IMG/VR virus record: IMGVR_UViG_3300030616_000250
Coordinates: 10,435-74,434 of that record
From: a virus
Reading direction: 5' to 3' (one strand)
DNA: 64,000 bases
Part shown: piece by piece, positions 27,395 to 38,056 of the stretch
Numbering within the stretch: the first letter of the stretch is position 1
How the letters are laid out: each line of letters starts with the position of its first letter
The notes under the pieces: model-generated
What the model was told of the DNA's origin: nothing
Seen by the model: only the letters and a program-made list of their open reading frames with translations
Database searches by the model: none
Translations under genes and position numbers: made by a program

Positions 27395-28873
27395 ATGGCT
27401 GAAGAAAGCCAACAGGAAACAATGACTTTTGAGAGTGAAGAGGCAAGGGCGGAAGCTCTCGACGCACTGGATGACAAGCCCGAAAATCTTGACCAGTTGC
27501 AGAAAATCCGGGATGCTGAAATAAAAGCCCCTTCTGAGGAAGAATCTTCTGAAGAAGAATCAACCACAGAAGAGACCAAAACTGAGGAAGCGGCTGAAGA
27601 AAAACCCGCAAGTCAGGAAGAGGTTAAAGAAACTCCAAAAGAACCATTTACTGTTAAACCGGAAGATTTACCTGAAGGGATTAAAACTCCCGGTGAATTA
27701 GCTAAATCCTGGAAAGAAGCGCAAGACCTGATTAAACGTCAGGGAGAGCGTATTCAAAAAGACCAGGAACGTATGGCTGAGTTATCAGCAAGCACTCAAA
27801 GGGCTGACTTTGCCGAAACCGAGCTTAAAACGGTTCAGAAAGAGGTGGGAGCCGAACAGAAAAAAGCCGAAGAGGACAAAGAGGTTCCCGAAAGCCAGTT
27901 GAGTAAGATTATGGCGCTTCAGGAGGAGTTAACTAAAATAGAAGACCCCTTTGATGAACGAGCCATTGCAATCAATAAAGAATTGATTCCCTTGCAGAAC
28001 AAGGAAATCATGCGAACTAATATGATTGTAAACAAAGCCAACGATGAGATGCAGAGTCTCAGGCAAACTGTCACCGATTATCAATCCCGGCAGGACGAGT
28101 CTTCGTTAGCTGAAAAGAATAAGGTTGAATTAAGGAAGCAGTTGGAAGAAATGGATGAATTCGCAAAGATGGATGAATACAAGGATGAATACGGAATGTC
28201 CATTCCCGCTGCGGAAGCTGACCAGAAATACATTGACTGGAGAAATCAGGTAGCAATCCAGTATTATGGTACTTTGCCCAATGACAGTACGGAAGAGGGT
28301 AGAGAGCAGTTAAACTATGCAATGTATATGCTTAAACAGCGAAGCCCTGATTTGATTAAAAAACTTCAGGAAGCCCAGGTTCCGATAGAGCCCACAAAAG
28401 ATTTGGAAAGTTATCTGAAACTTTGTGAGCTTCTGGATGAACGGGACTGTATTCGCTACGATCCGGTTACAAGGAAAAGGGTTCAATTAACCCGTTTCAA
28501 TCCCAAAACCGGAAAGCATGAGGCTGTCAGTTTTCCGACCTTAAAGGCAACTATTGAACATAAGCGCGTGGAAAGTGGTTATTACAAGCAAAAGGAGCTT
28601 GATGCGAACAAGAAAGGTGCCAAGAGTATGGCTGATGCCATTACCAAACGAGACACCAAAGAGCTTGAAAATGACACAGGAAGCGTTGCAGGTGTTGAAA
28701 TGACTGCAGAAGCCGCTATGAAAACTCTGGCAGACTTCGACATGGATACGGCTTACAAAAAGTATTATCAGACCGGAGATACTAAGGTCTTTGATGAATA
28801 TAACAATGCCCGTCTAAAGATGGGTATGCCAAAAATGGATTTATCAAATGTTGCTACAGTAAATAAAGTGTAA
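27395..28873 (+). CDS. capsid scaffolding protein
   Basis: Acidic N-terminus, ELAKSWKEAQ motif, coiled coil; lies between portal and capsid. Confidence 0.65.
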   Translation: MAEESQQETMTFESEEARAEALDALDDKPENLDQLQKIRDAEIKAPSEEESSEEESTTEETKTEEAAEEKPASQEEVKETPKEPFTVKPEDLPEGIKTPGELAKSWKEAQDLIKRQGERIQKDQERMAELSASTQRADFAETELKTVQKEVGAEQKKAEEDKEVPESQLSKIMALQEELTKIEDPFDERAIAINKELIPLQNKEIMRTNMIVNKANDEMQSLRQTVTDYQSRQDESSLAEKNKVELRKQLEEMDEFAKMDEYKDEYGMSIPAAEADQKYIDWRNQVAIQYYGTLPNDSTEEGREQLNYAMYMLKQRSPDLIKKLQEAQVPIEPTKDLESYLKLCELLDERDCIRYDPVTRKRVQLTRFNPKTGKHEAVSFPTLKATIEHKRVESGYYKQKELDANKKGAKSMADAITKRDTKELENDTGSVAGVEMTAEAAMKTLADFDMDTAYKKYYQTGDTKVFDEYNNARLKMGMPKMDLSNVATVNKV

Positions 28874-28916
28874 CGTCGAAGAAGACGTGGGTAATGTTTA
28901 TCGAAAGGTTTGACAC

Positions 28917-30167
28917 ATGGGTGTAGGCGTATTACCCCCGAATCAATTAGCCGCTAATAGTATTATTAAGGGCTATGATAAAGAACTGCGTATGAAATCC
29001 GCACTGGATGATATCTATGAAGATTCCAGTGGGATGTACGTGTTGGAAAAAGAGCAGGTTCCTAACGCTATACGTATGGTTGTGGACAAAACTGAAAAAG
29101 TCAAGTCAAATAATGTCACTATTACTATGGTTCTCAGGCTTGGCGGCGGTGGAGTTTATGACCCCAATATATTGATAGGAACAGAGGCGCGACCCGTCAC
29201 CAAGAGTTTTACTATTTACTACAATATTTGTCGTAAAGCGGTAACGACTCCGGGCTATGGCCCTGATGACGAAGACGCAAAACCTTACGGACTTTATGAG
29301 AAGTGGGTTGACCAGTTAGCTTTGTGGAACAAGGAACATCATGGATGGAGTATCCGCCAGACTATTCTCGAACAGTATGGCGAAACCGTTGTACATGGAC
29401 GTACCGCACCGTTCTGTCAGAGAAACTGGACTCCCAATATTCTCGTAGCAGGTATGGGATGGAGAAGTATGCAGGTTCCGTATAATACGAACCGGGCAAA
29501 CTATACCACTGCCATTGTTAACAGGATTGTTACCTCTGGTGGAGGCTCCTTAGCTCCTCTCGTAACTCAGACAATGAACGTACCGAACCTTACCAATGCA
29601 CAGAATCTCGCGTTGGAAAATCGTATTGAAATGCTTAAAATACCGGGGCTTCCGGGTGGTAAGGGTTGGATATTAACTATGGGTGAAATCCAGTATGCGT
29701 TTCTCGGTGATGCAACATGGTCACAGAGAAATCTCGGTTCACTGTATGTCGCAAAGGCGGCTTTGCCCGACACGGTTCAAAAGTGGCGCGGTGTTGAAGG
29801 TGCTTACAAAAACTTCCTGTTAGTTCAGGATATGATGCAGCCGACCCTGATAATTTCAGGTACTTCCGAACCCTGGGGTATGACCGCAGGATATGTTGAG
29901 CCGGGTGACAGCGACCAGAGACAGAGAAATAATTCAATGACCAGAGACACTGCTAATATTCTCGGAAAAGCAGCGGTTGTAGATTGGGGCAAAATGCCTC
30001 TCAGACACGTAAAACAGGATGATGACTATGAGTACGTTATGGGTCATGGTACTGCGGTGTGTGAGGGTGTGCAGATGCCTATTTACGACCAGCAGGTTCC
30101 GGGTGTGCAGACGCACGAGCAGTATAGCTCAATGGTTATGATTCTCGGATTGCCCGATTATGTATAA
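28917..30167 (+). CDS. major capsid protein (N4-gp56/DUF4043-like)
   Basis: 416 aa after scaffold; ITMVLRLGGGGV...GTE, QDDDYEY..G; followed by a strong terminator. Confidence 0.75.
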   Translation: MGVGVLPPNQLAANSIIKGYDKELRMKSALDDIYEDSSGMYVLEKEQVPNAIRMVVDKTEKVKSNNVTITMVLRLGGGGVYDPNILIGTEARPVTKSFTIYYNICRKAVTTPGYGPDDEDAKPYGLYEKWVDQLALWNKEHHGWSIRQTILEQYGETVVHGRTAPFCQRNWTPNILVAGMGWRSMQVPYNTNRANYTTAIVNRIVTSGGGSLAPLVTQTMNVPNLTNAQNLALENRIEMLKIPGLPGGKGWILTMGEIQYAFLGDATWSQRNLGSLYVAKAALPDTVQKWRGVEGAYKNFLLVQDMMQPTLIISGTSEPWGMTAGYVEPGDSDQRQRNNSMTRDTANILGKAAVVDWGKMPLRHVKQDDDYEYVMGHGTAVCEGVQMPIYDQQVPGVQTHEQYSSMVMILGLPDYV

Positions 30168-30175
30168 TTTTAACG

Positions 30176-30202
30176 GGGGAGGCTTCGGCCTCCTCCTCTT
30201 TT
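30176..30202 (+). terminator. intrinsic terminator
   Basis: ggggaggc-TTCG-gcctcctc followed by a T-tract. Confidence 0.85.
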
Positions 30203-30224
30203 GTAACCCGAAGGAGGGAAAGTA

Positions 30225-30839
30225 ATGAGTTTAGGTAGAATCGACCAGGAACAGGAAGAATTTGCATTAAGGAGACAGGCCGCAATAGAAGAGTCAGGAA
30301 AGGAATTTATCAGCCTGAAGCTTAAAGACGTGAGATTCCGCAATGTTGCGGGTATAATGGAAGTTAATGCAGTTCCTTATAATGAGGGAATGGAAGAAAA
30401 GTGGCATTTTGAAATGAGAGGTGGAAGTGCTCATTTCCAGAGAGACCGGGCAAGAGGTGGCGGATGGTACGATAAATGGGTTAAAGTAGACCACAATATG
30501 AGATTTCTTGCGTCCCATTACGACCCCGATCCTCTAAAAAGATATTGGGAAATTGAGGACAAGAAAATTGAAAAAGAGGTCATTAAGATTCACAGCAAAA
30601 TGGCTAAAGTTGCGAGGACGGTGCCGCTTGAAATCATGGATTTGAAGGACAAGATTAAAGAGGTTGACAACGAACTCTTACTTTGTGATAAGGTCAAAGA
30701 GCCTTTACTGAGAAAAAGGAAACAGGAATTGCTTGAACGCATAGTTAAGATTACAACCGGAAGTGATGATATCATACAGGGAAACGCACCGGTAAGCAAG
30801 GAGCCGGTATCGGACAGTGTAGATATTAAGGAGAAGTAA
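30225..30839 (+). CDS. hypothetical virion-associated protein
   Basis: AAGGAGG RBS; position. Confidence 0.6.
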   Translation: MSLGRIDQEQEEFALRRQAAIEESGKEFISLKLKDVRFRNVAGIMEVNAVPYNEGMEEKWHFEMRGGSAHFQRDRARGGGWYDKWVKVDHNMRFLASHYDPDPLKRYWEIEDKKIEKEVIKIHSKMAKVARTVPLEIMDLKDKIKEVDNELLLCDKVKEPLLRKRKQELLERIVKITTGSDDIIQGNAPVSKEPVSDSVDIKEK

Positions 30840-31528
30840 TGAATGCCGACGAAGTATTAAACATGCTTGAAGTACAATGTGACGGGGTGCTGAGGGACGG
30901 CCCTAACGGGCTTACGTTTTTTCTGAGAATCGTAAATGATATTTTCGGGAAAACCCCGTCTGAGCAGCATGTTGTTTTTGACGAATCCACCGGGAAGTTA
31001 CCGACTTTTGATACTAAGAGTGGTGACTATAAATATGAGGCACCTTCTAATATATGGAGGGTAGCGGGTGTTATGGTGGAATCGGACGCTACGTTGGGAA
31101 GCTGTGTTAGCAGGCAGGATTACGGCTATTCTTCGAGTAGGAACGCAAGCGCAAAGACAGAGCGCATTGTTATAGCCAATATATCTTATATAAGAATACC
31201 GTATATCCGCTCTCACGACGCAGAGGAAAACGCTAATGCGTGGGTGTTATTTACTACTAATCCCGGCGATACAACGGGTTTATACAGGTGGTACGGGTAT
31301 AATTTACCTACTCCTGTTTTATCTGACTCTATTCAGTTATGTGAAAGTTCCGATAGTTATGTATGGGCGTATATATTTCCGGCTGTGACTAAAATGGTTC
31401 AGGCATTTAAAAACGGAGATTTTCTTGCGGCACACGCTGATATTGAAGTATTGGCGGATAAGTACCGCAGGGAAAAGAACAAAGGGGAACAGGGCGAGGA
31501 CTCTGACGCAATAGATTATGGATTTTAA
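30839..31528 (+). CDS. putative head-to-tail adaptor
   Basis: Size and position after capsid; T.SG...Y.AP pattern. Confidence 0.5.
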   Translation: MNADEVLNMLEVQCDGVLRDGPNGLTFFLRIVNDIFGKTPSEQHVVFDESTGKLPTFDTKSGDYKYEAPSNIWRVAGVMVESDATLGSCVSRQDYGYSSSRNASAKTERIVIANISYIRIPYIRSHDAEENANAWVLFTTNPGDTTGLYRWYGYNLPTPVLSDSIQLCESSDSYVWAYIFPAVTKMVQAFKNGDFLAAHADIEVLADKYRREKNKGEQGEDSDAIDYGF

Positions 31529-33697
31529 ATGCGTAAACTGTTACAACCGTCTAATAACAAACAGGACAGGGCGTATACTCCTGCTGAAAAGATAGATTAT
31601 TTTCAGTATGGAATTATTAAAGATGCGCCCGCTTGCCGTATTCCCCGTCCCGGTTCTCTCGCGGATGCCTTAAATGTTATAGTCTATCCCACAGAGGTTC
31701 AAGGGCGTACCGGCTCAAAGCTATATACCGAGCTATTGCCCCCGTCTATTTTCGGTAAAACAGGAATTACCGCTTCTAAATCCAACGACATAATTACCAC
31801 GACCACAAACGTATTTGAATATGGTGATGTGGGGAACTTTTTTGTGTGGCCTGGAGAGATTGAGGAGCACGATGAAATCATAGAGTATTTAAGCCCCACT
31901 CAGGTAAAGACCTCTGTATTAGGGAACAAAAACAAGCTCATTCTCGGTTGTTATTTAAGGGGCAAGAACAACGCTCATTTTTTCCACAGGCAGCGCAAGA
32001 GGTGGATGCGTCAGTTTGGAAAGAATTTCTATAACGCAGATATCCCAATGAGCGCATGGGATGAATCAATAATAGTATCAAGGGACGTTCCGAGCAATAC
32101 AAAATCAGGGTATAGCAGTTTCGATGAATATTCAGGGGTGTATTTTAATTCCAATGGAATATTCCATATTGACATGGAAATTACCCCGTCTATCGCGTAT
32201 AAGATTAATTGCCCGGTTCCAAATGTTGAGATACAGGGGAATCGCTTAGACAGCTTGTCCTTTGCGTTTAGATACAAATATGGCGCGGCGCGGTTTTCGG
32301 GCAACCAGACTCTCAGAACTCGCTTAGACCCTATACGCATAGAAACGGAGACCGGGACTAACGAGGAGGATGTTGAGACCAATATAGCCGGACTGGATAA
32401 GGTTTATCTGAGTCAACCAATTAGCGAGGATGAGCCAAACATAATAGGCCCGTTCTGGGTTCCAATAGTACCTAACACCAATCCGCAGGAATATCAATGG
32501 CACTATACCCACTATCCGGTATGGAGGACGGGGGATACCGAACATCTTTACTCTAAGACCGGGTATTTTGATTCGGCAAACGGAACCTTTAATGACCCGG
32601 AACGGTTTATCTGGTGTCACGATTTAAGAATAATGGGAGCCTTTTTTGGCAGGAAAAGAAATGGAATTGTTGAAGCATGGGTAGGAGAGTTTGAAATAGC
32701 CGATGTAGGGTGTGTACTCGAATGGGACAACGGGGACAGGGATGAGATTATTGCATACATAGACAAGTATCATGTGAGGATTGAATGGACGGGTGATGAA
32801 TATTACGAAGAAGAATATATAGGAGCGTGTTGCATAGGTAACGGTAGAGTAATGAGAGCGACCCAGAACGGTTATGTAATCACACGAACCCACGGGAGTA
32901 CATTTACATCAAATGACCTGAGAAAGACTATTCAATGGGCAAACGGTTACAGATCGTACATAATGGAAGTCATAGGGCCGAACAAGGTAAGGGTGCATAA
33001 TTCACTCAATCAGGAAGTACAGGGGCTTACCTTAGACCCGCGATATCGCTATTTCAACGACACGGTGACGGATAACCAGTTGAGAGCAAGGATATCGAGT
33101 CTTTTACTTAGAAACCGCTTTTGGGAGGCTATGCCTAATTGTAATATGGGAGTAGTTGCACCGGGATTTATGGTAACAGGTATTCGCAATTACGGGGAAG
33201 TAAATTACTGCCAGCTTCCTCTCAATTACGAATATATGGCGGGATACCATAATAAAGGTTATCAGTTCTCCAAAGACATCAAAGATGACATTCAGCAAAT
33301 GTGGGTATTTGAGAATGAGGTAATTATATGGACTTCCTCAGATACGTACCATGTGGCTACAAACATGCCTGATATGGTCACAGTACCGGAAATAGGAGAA
33401 GCAGTGGCAGTTCTACCGGGAATAGAAGTATTGTGTCCCAATATCGGTTGTTTCGATCACGGAAGCATAAAGGATATAGGAAACGGGCAGATACGACTTT
33501 TAACCAGTGAGCCGGGATTTGTGGGAATGAGAGATTTTAACGGGCACTCTTACTCTGAAAACAAAGCTTATGCTATGGATTTGGGTATGGGTAGAATGTC
33601 CAAAGACTTAAACAATTTATATCATGCCACTGCAAGTATTTATAACGGGCATGATGGATATGTATTGTGGGGTAGGGTAAATGCCAACAGTGATTGA
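31529..33697 (+). CDS. putative tail nozzle/tubular protein, N-terminal part
   Basis: Beta-rich; A.NV....EVQGRTG start; NIGC....SI motif typical of podovirus tail proteins. Confidence 0.55.
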   Translation: MRKLLQPSNNKQDRAYTPAEKIDYFQYGIIKDAPACRIPRPGSLADALNVIVYPTEVQGRTGSKLYTELLPPSIFGKTGITASKSNDIITTTTNVFEYGDVGNFFVWPGEIEEHDEIIEYLSPTQVKTSVLGNKNKLILGCYLRGKNNAHFFHRQRKRWMRQFGKNFYNADIPMSAWDESIIVSRDVPSNTKSGYSSFDEYSGVYFNSNGIFHIDMEITPSIAYKINCPVPNVEIQGNRLDSLSFAFRYKYGAARFSGNQTLRTRLDPIRIETETGTNEEDVETNIAGLDKVYLSQPISEDEPNIIGPFWVPIVPNTNPQEYQWHYTHYPVWRTGDTEHLYSKTGYFDSANGTFNDPERFIWCHDLRIMGAFFGRKRNGIVEAWVGEFEIADVGCVLEWDNGDRDEIIAYIDKYHVRIEWTGDEYYEEEYIGACCIGNGRVMRATQNGYVITRTHGSTFTSNDLRKTIQWANGYRSYIMEVIGPNKVRVHNSLNQEVQGLTLDPRYRYFNDTVTDNQLRARISSLLLRNRFWEAMPNCNMGVVAPGFMVTGIRNYGEVNYCQLPLNYEYMAGYHNKGYQFSKDIKDDIQQMWVFENEVIIWTSSDTYHVATNMPDMVTVPEIGEAVAVLPGIEVLCPNIGCFDHGSIKDIGNGQIRLLTSEPGFVGMRDFNGHSYSENKAYAMDLGMGRMSKDLNNLYHATASIYNGHDGYVLWGRVNANSD

Positions 33698-33878
33698 TTT
33701 AGACCTGTTTTATGGAGGGATTGACGCAACACCGAGAAACGGATATGCGCCTTTGGGTGTGCAATTCACAGATGGAAATGTATACAATGCAATTATAGAA
33801 AAATCTGATACCGATTATATTCCTGATATCATTATAGAAGACAGTTCTGTAGTAGACAAAGTTATTATAGAGAGGTAA
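33681..33878 (+). CDS. small protein with N-terminal half of a PKD domain
   Basis: ATPRNGYAPLGVQFTD. Confidence 0.55.
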   Translation: MPTVIDLDLFYGGIDATPRNGYAPLGVQFTDGNVYNAIIEKSDTDYIPDIIIEDSSVVDKVIIER

Positions 33879-33881
33879 ATT

Positions 33882-34769
33882 ATGCCAATTTATACGAATC
33901 CTATTTACATCAATGTAAGGCGAAGACATTTTAAAACCCGTTCTGCAATGAAATCCGACATGGCGGGCAGGCTTCAGGAGTGGGGCTATGTAGAGGATGA
34001 CGACTATCTGGGAGTGTTACGGTCAGGAGCGTCAAGTTCGGACTGGAGATGGTTTTCACGCTCTAAGTTATTTGAACCCGGAACTGAGATTATCGAGAGA
34101 GTCTCTGCCGGAATAAACGATGTGGTTATTAACGAACCCGGCGCTGATGTCAATTTCAGGGTAGAATCAGACACCCACCAGAACGCTCTCTATATGGACG
34201 GACAATACGGAAACTGGGGATTTCATACTGCTACTATTCCAGACTGGGATCACGATAATTACCATGCCATAAAAGTAGGAACTGGTACAAATGCAGGACA
34301 TATATATAATGGAAACAATGATTGGGGTGTGACCCAGAATGCTTATTATGATGAGACTGATACCCGGTGGGAATATATAGTAGCTTCAAGGGCGGCAAGG
34401 TGGTACATACAGGATGGCGTGTGGACTGTTCAAAGCACCGGAGTAGGAGCAGCAGCTAATGATCCGATAACATGGACTGACCTTATAACAGCGCGAATTG
34501 GCGAGGTAGCAATTAATGAGGGGACATCCAACGTAGATTTTAGAGTAGAATCAGATACTAATACTCACATGTTTCATGTAGACGCAGACGCAGAACAGAT
34601 AGGAATAGGTGCCGCACCGGGCTTCTTTTTTGACTTGAATTTTCCCACTAATCCGTTAGGTATGGTGGATTGTATTGTTGACCCAGGTATCACCAATATT
34701 ACTCATGTTATTCAGGTTGATGTAAACGATGGAACTACAAGATATATACCAATTTATGAAACAGCGTAA
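33882..34769 (+). CDS. tail fibre-like protein
   Basis: Repeated INE.G..V.FRVESDT motif; NAYYD..RWEY. Confidence 0.65.
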   Translation: MPIYTNPIYINVRRRHFKTRSAMKSDMAGRLQEWGYVEDDDYLGVLRSGASSSDWRWFSRSKLFEPGTEIIERVSAGINDVVINEPGADVNFRVESDTHQNALYMDGQYGNWGFHTATIPDWDHDNYHAIKVGTGTNAGHIYNGNNDWGVTQNAYYDETDTRWEYIVASRAARWYIQDGVWTVQSTGVGAAANDPITWTDLITARIGEVAINEGTSNVDFRVESDTNTHMFHVDADAEQIGIGAAPGFFFDLNFPTNPLGMVDCIVDPGITNITHVIQVDVNDGTTRYIPIYETA

Positions 34770-34786
34770 CCCGTAAGGAGGGATAG

Positions 34787-34957
34787 ATGGAAAAAGTTGA
34801 CATTACCAAGTTAAGTGTAGACAGGTTAAAGGCCATGGTGTATGACCACCAGAAAGAGTTAAGAGGATTAAGAGAAGAGTATCAGAAAAGCGAAAGTGAA
34901 ATAAAAAAGGAACTGCTTCTTTTAGAGAAAGAGATTGAGAAGAAAGAGAAGAAATGA
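34787..34957 (+). CDS. small coiled-coil protein (possible fibre chaperone)
   Basis: 56 aa; AAGGAGG RBS. Confidence 0.55.
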   Translation: MEKVDITKLSVDRLKAMVYDHQKELRGLREEYQKSESEIKKELLLLEKEIEKKEKK

Positions 34958-35853
34958 CTATATACAGGACAGTAGGAGTAGGTGGGGATTACGCTGATAT
35001 AGGAATTGCATGTGACGCAATTGAAGCATATTACGGATTGCCTACACCTCACATTACTGATGATTGGGTGCTTACTGTTGTTTCTGATTTTACAGAAAAT
35101 ACAGGAGTAGACCCAACGACATTTGATGTTTTTTATGATGGATATTATATAGAAATCAGAAATCCTAATCATTATACAATTACTATTGCATCATCAGGGG
35201 GCGGATTAAAAATATTACGATTTCAGAGCCGGAGTAATTTACTAACTGATAGGATGTATTTCAATGATTTGATTTTTGATGTGCCCTTTATTAATCCGGC
35301 AAATTCCTTTTCACTTTTGTCTTTTTTTTCTGGTGCCCAATTTAATTATGTAACAGCATTTTATAATAATTGTGTTTTTAAGGGAAATGGTTATCAGGCT
35401 TCTGCTGCTGCACGAGGATGTAGTTTTATAGGTTTAGAAGGTTCCGCTGGTTTACAATGGAGCAATGCGTCAATATCAAATTGTAAATTTGGTAATTATG
35501 GTACTGCTATTGGCGCCAGGACTCTTGGCGCTAACCAGATTGTAACTATTGAAAATTGTAGTAGCTATGGTTGTTATTATGGATTGCGTCATTCTAACGC
35601 AATTGCAGCAACCATACAATATAATGTCAGAAATGTTGTTATGTCTGGTTCAGTTAGTGCTGATTATAGCTCTGAGCTTTCAACTTTAGCAAATATCAAC
35701 TTTTACAATTGCGCCGATAGTGACAATACATTAGCAACAGCAGGCGGGAACCTTTTTTCTTGCAGACCAAACATAGTTCCAGCTGATGAATTTCAATCTT
35801 TAGATATTACTAATCCAAACTGGCTAAAGCTTAACAATGGGACATATACGTAA
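34954..35853 (+). CDS. beta-helix (pectin-lyase-like) virion protein
   Basis: RTVGVGGDY start; periodic NC.F/NCS repeats. Confidence 0.6.
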   Translation: MTIYRTVGVGGDYADIGIACDAIEAYYGLPTPHITDDWVLTVVSDFTENTGVDPTTFDVFYDGYYIEIRNPNHYTITIASSGGGLKILRFQSRSNLLTDRMYFNDLIFDVPFINPANSFSLLSFFSGAQFNYVTAFYNNCVFKGNGYQASAAARGCSFIGLEGSAGLQWSNASISNCKFGNYGTAIGARTLGANQIVTIENCSSYGCYYGLRHSNAIAATIQYNVRNVVMSGSVSADYSSELSTLANINFYNCADSDNTLATAGGNLFSCRPNIVPADEFQSLDITNPNWLKLNNGTYT

Positions 35854-37481
35854 TGGGTTTTAATTCAGGAGCACCGGATTTAGGCAAAAACGGATGTACG
35901 CCGACTCTGCAATTTACCGATATAAGCGGAAATGCCAGACCCGGAGTGGACTTTGCTTACTCCATAGGTGCCGAAGAAATGCAGTATACGATTTTAACGA
36001 ATCCTAATCCAGTAAATCCCTGGCCTGATTCCTATATAACGGGAGGTGGTTCTAAAGGAGACACAAACGTACAGAGTAAGTATATATGGTATTTTGGGGA
36101 CGGGGAGACCTCTACTGAAATAAATCCCTATCACATCTATAAAATGCCCGGTGAATACGAGGTAATGAGAGTTAGAACCTGTCCCAACGGAATCACCGAT
36201 ATTAACTATTTGACCGTGTACGTCTACGAATTAGAGCGAATAGTAACGTATACCAATAAATGTATCAGAAGCGCAGTTACCCAGCAACAGGGCGTGGGTA
36301 TGGTGGAGTGGGGAGGCGTTAACTGGTTATGGCCTGAAGCGTATGTGGGAACATGTAACGGATACGACATATATAATGAAACTATTTCCTTAGTAATGGA
36401 TACTTATTCGGGGATGCACTTTAGAATAGGAATTCCCGAACAGTGGTTAGACAGGTTAATGAACCTTGACTATCTCAGGGGGGGATATGAAATACCGACA
36501 TGGTTCAGACTTCCCGAAAACACTTCCAAACAGGGAGAGTTTCAGGACATAGAGCATAATGAGTCTTATGTATACATGAAGCCCTTTTATAAAGAGGACA
36601 AGAACAAAGACGGTTACAGGGATGACGGATTCAGGGATGAATTTCAGGTGGGCGGTGTCATATACGAGGGGCAAAAAATTGTCCACAGTGATGACCTTAA
36701 AAGAGTTCCCCTGGAAGCAGACTGGGTATTTAGAAAGAAACTCAAAGCCAGACAATTACAATTAGAGATAAATACTACCACAAGCTCTTACAGGTGTACG
36801 GGTGTACAGGAAAGAGTAGTCGAACACGATGCAAAGCCGGGACCTTTGTTAAACACCAAAACAGAGACCACTTTAAGAAGGGAATTTAAAACACCGGACT
36901 TCTGGATAGCACGGAATTCTCAAAATCCTTTAGTGAACAGGGCAACCGCTTTTACAGTTACAGGCTCTTATGACTATCTCAGTGAAGGGCCTGATAAGTA
37001 TAGTAAATCAGCAATTGTTTTCGGAGCTTCGGATGGCTTAACAATTGACTTGAACACAGTTACAGAAAGCACTATATTACAATGGGTTAAGAGCCCCGTT
37101 GGTAACGTAAGTTTGTGGAGTTTTGACGGTAATCAGTCGATACGATTACACTATGAAAAGAACGAATGGGTGGTTGATATAAACAACGGACATGAGACCC
37201 TGGAAGTAGGATTGGATTGGGACGGAAACAGTTGGATACTTCTTACTATAAAAACCAGTGGAGACATGGTAAGGGTATATAAAAATAAAACGGATATGGG
37301 ATGGCACAAATTCAGGTTTGGGAGTTACGGGCGAAACGCTGCTTTTATGAATAATTCCCAGGCAGAAGTTTATAGCATAAGACGGCTTCCGAGAACGGTA
37401 TCCAAAGACGCTATTGACGACTATTACGAATCAGTTATTGAACATAGAGGAAATCGGGGATACGAACCTGTTTACAAATAG
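35853..37481 (+). CDS. multidomain tail protein (PKD half + nozzle-like segment + LamG-like)
   Basis: WYFGDGETSTEINPYHIYKMPGEYEV; C-terminal W.LLT....VRVYKN...RR....VS...I..YY. Confidence 0.65.
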   Translation: MGFNSGAPDLGKNGCTPTLQFTDISGNARPGVDFAYSIGAEEMQYTILTNPNPVNPWPDSYITGGGSKGDTNVQSKYIWYFGDGETSTEINPYHIYKMPGEYEVMRVRTCPNGITDINYLTVYVYELERIVTYTNKCIRSAVTQQQGVGMVEWGGVNWLWPEAYVGTCNGYDIYNETISLVMDTYSGMHFRIGIPEQWLDRLMNLDYLRGGYEIPTWFRLPENTSKQGEFQDIEHNESYVYMKPFYKEDKNKDGYRDDGFRDEFQVGGVIYEGQKIVHSDDLKRVPLEADWVFRKKLKARQLQLEINTTTSSYRCTGVQERVVEHDAKPGPLLNTKTETTLRREFKTPDFWIARNSQNPLVNRATAFTVTGSYDYLSEGPDKYSKSAIVFGASDGLTIDLNTVTESTILQWVKSPVGNVSLWSFDGNQSIRLHYEKNEWVVDINNGHETLEVGLDWDGNSWILLTIKTSGDMVRVYKNKTDMGWHKFRFGSYGRNAAFMNNSQAEVYSIRRLPRTVSKDAIDDYYESVIEHRGNRGYEPVYK

Positions 37482-37492
37482 AAATTATTGAG

Positions 37493-37843
37493 GTGATTAT
37501 GTTATTAATACACAAAAGACCAAGTACGATAGCGGAGGAAATGTACCGCAACGAATCAGGACAGCAAATTGTAGCTGAAAGTCTTCATGTCTGTAATGTT
37601 TCCGGTGGAGATGTTGGCTTTTATGTCTATGTCGCAAGAGGAGAGAGTTTCGGCAGGGGAAACGCAATTATTTACCATGAAGTATTAGATGCAGGGGGAT
37701 TTGATATTATTTATTTCTCCCTTTCTGGATTGCAGATGTTTGACAATAGTATTGCAATTGGCGTTGGAGCGTCTACCCCGAAAACAGTTACCTTTACTTT
37801 GATGGGGTCAACGGTAGAACACAGGAATCCGAGATTGCTATAA
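37493..37843 (+). CDS. small beta-sandwich virion protein (paralog of 38057)
   Basis: HVCNVSG..V.F.VYV...NAIIY. Confidence 0.55.
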   Translation: MIMLLIHKRPSTIAEEMYRNESGQQIVAESLHVCNVSGGDVGFYVYVARGESFGRGNAIIYHEVLDAGGFDIIYFSLSGLQMFDNSIAIGVGASTPKTVTFTLMGSTVEHRNPRLL

Positions 37844-38056
37844 ATGAAAAAGTCAGAAATATATACACATAATGCGCCAAGGTTTCTTGACGCAAAATTA
37901 ATGAAGGAGAATCCCGAAAAGGTTGCGAGTGATGCCAATAAAACATTCAAGGATTTATGGCAGAGAAATATCGACCACGAGAACAGGATAAGGTTTTTGG
38001 AAGAAGCTCTTGAGAAGTTAAAAAATATAAGACCATTTCCGAGGTATCCGGTATAA
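37844..38056 (+). CDS. hypothetical protein
   Basis: Coupled ORF with DHENRIRFLE coiled-coil. Confidence 0.55.
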   Translation: MKKSEIYTHNAPRFLDAKLMKENPEKVASDANKTFKDLWQRNIDHENRIRFLEEALEKLKNIRPFPRYPV

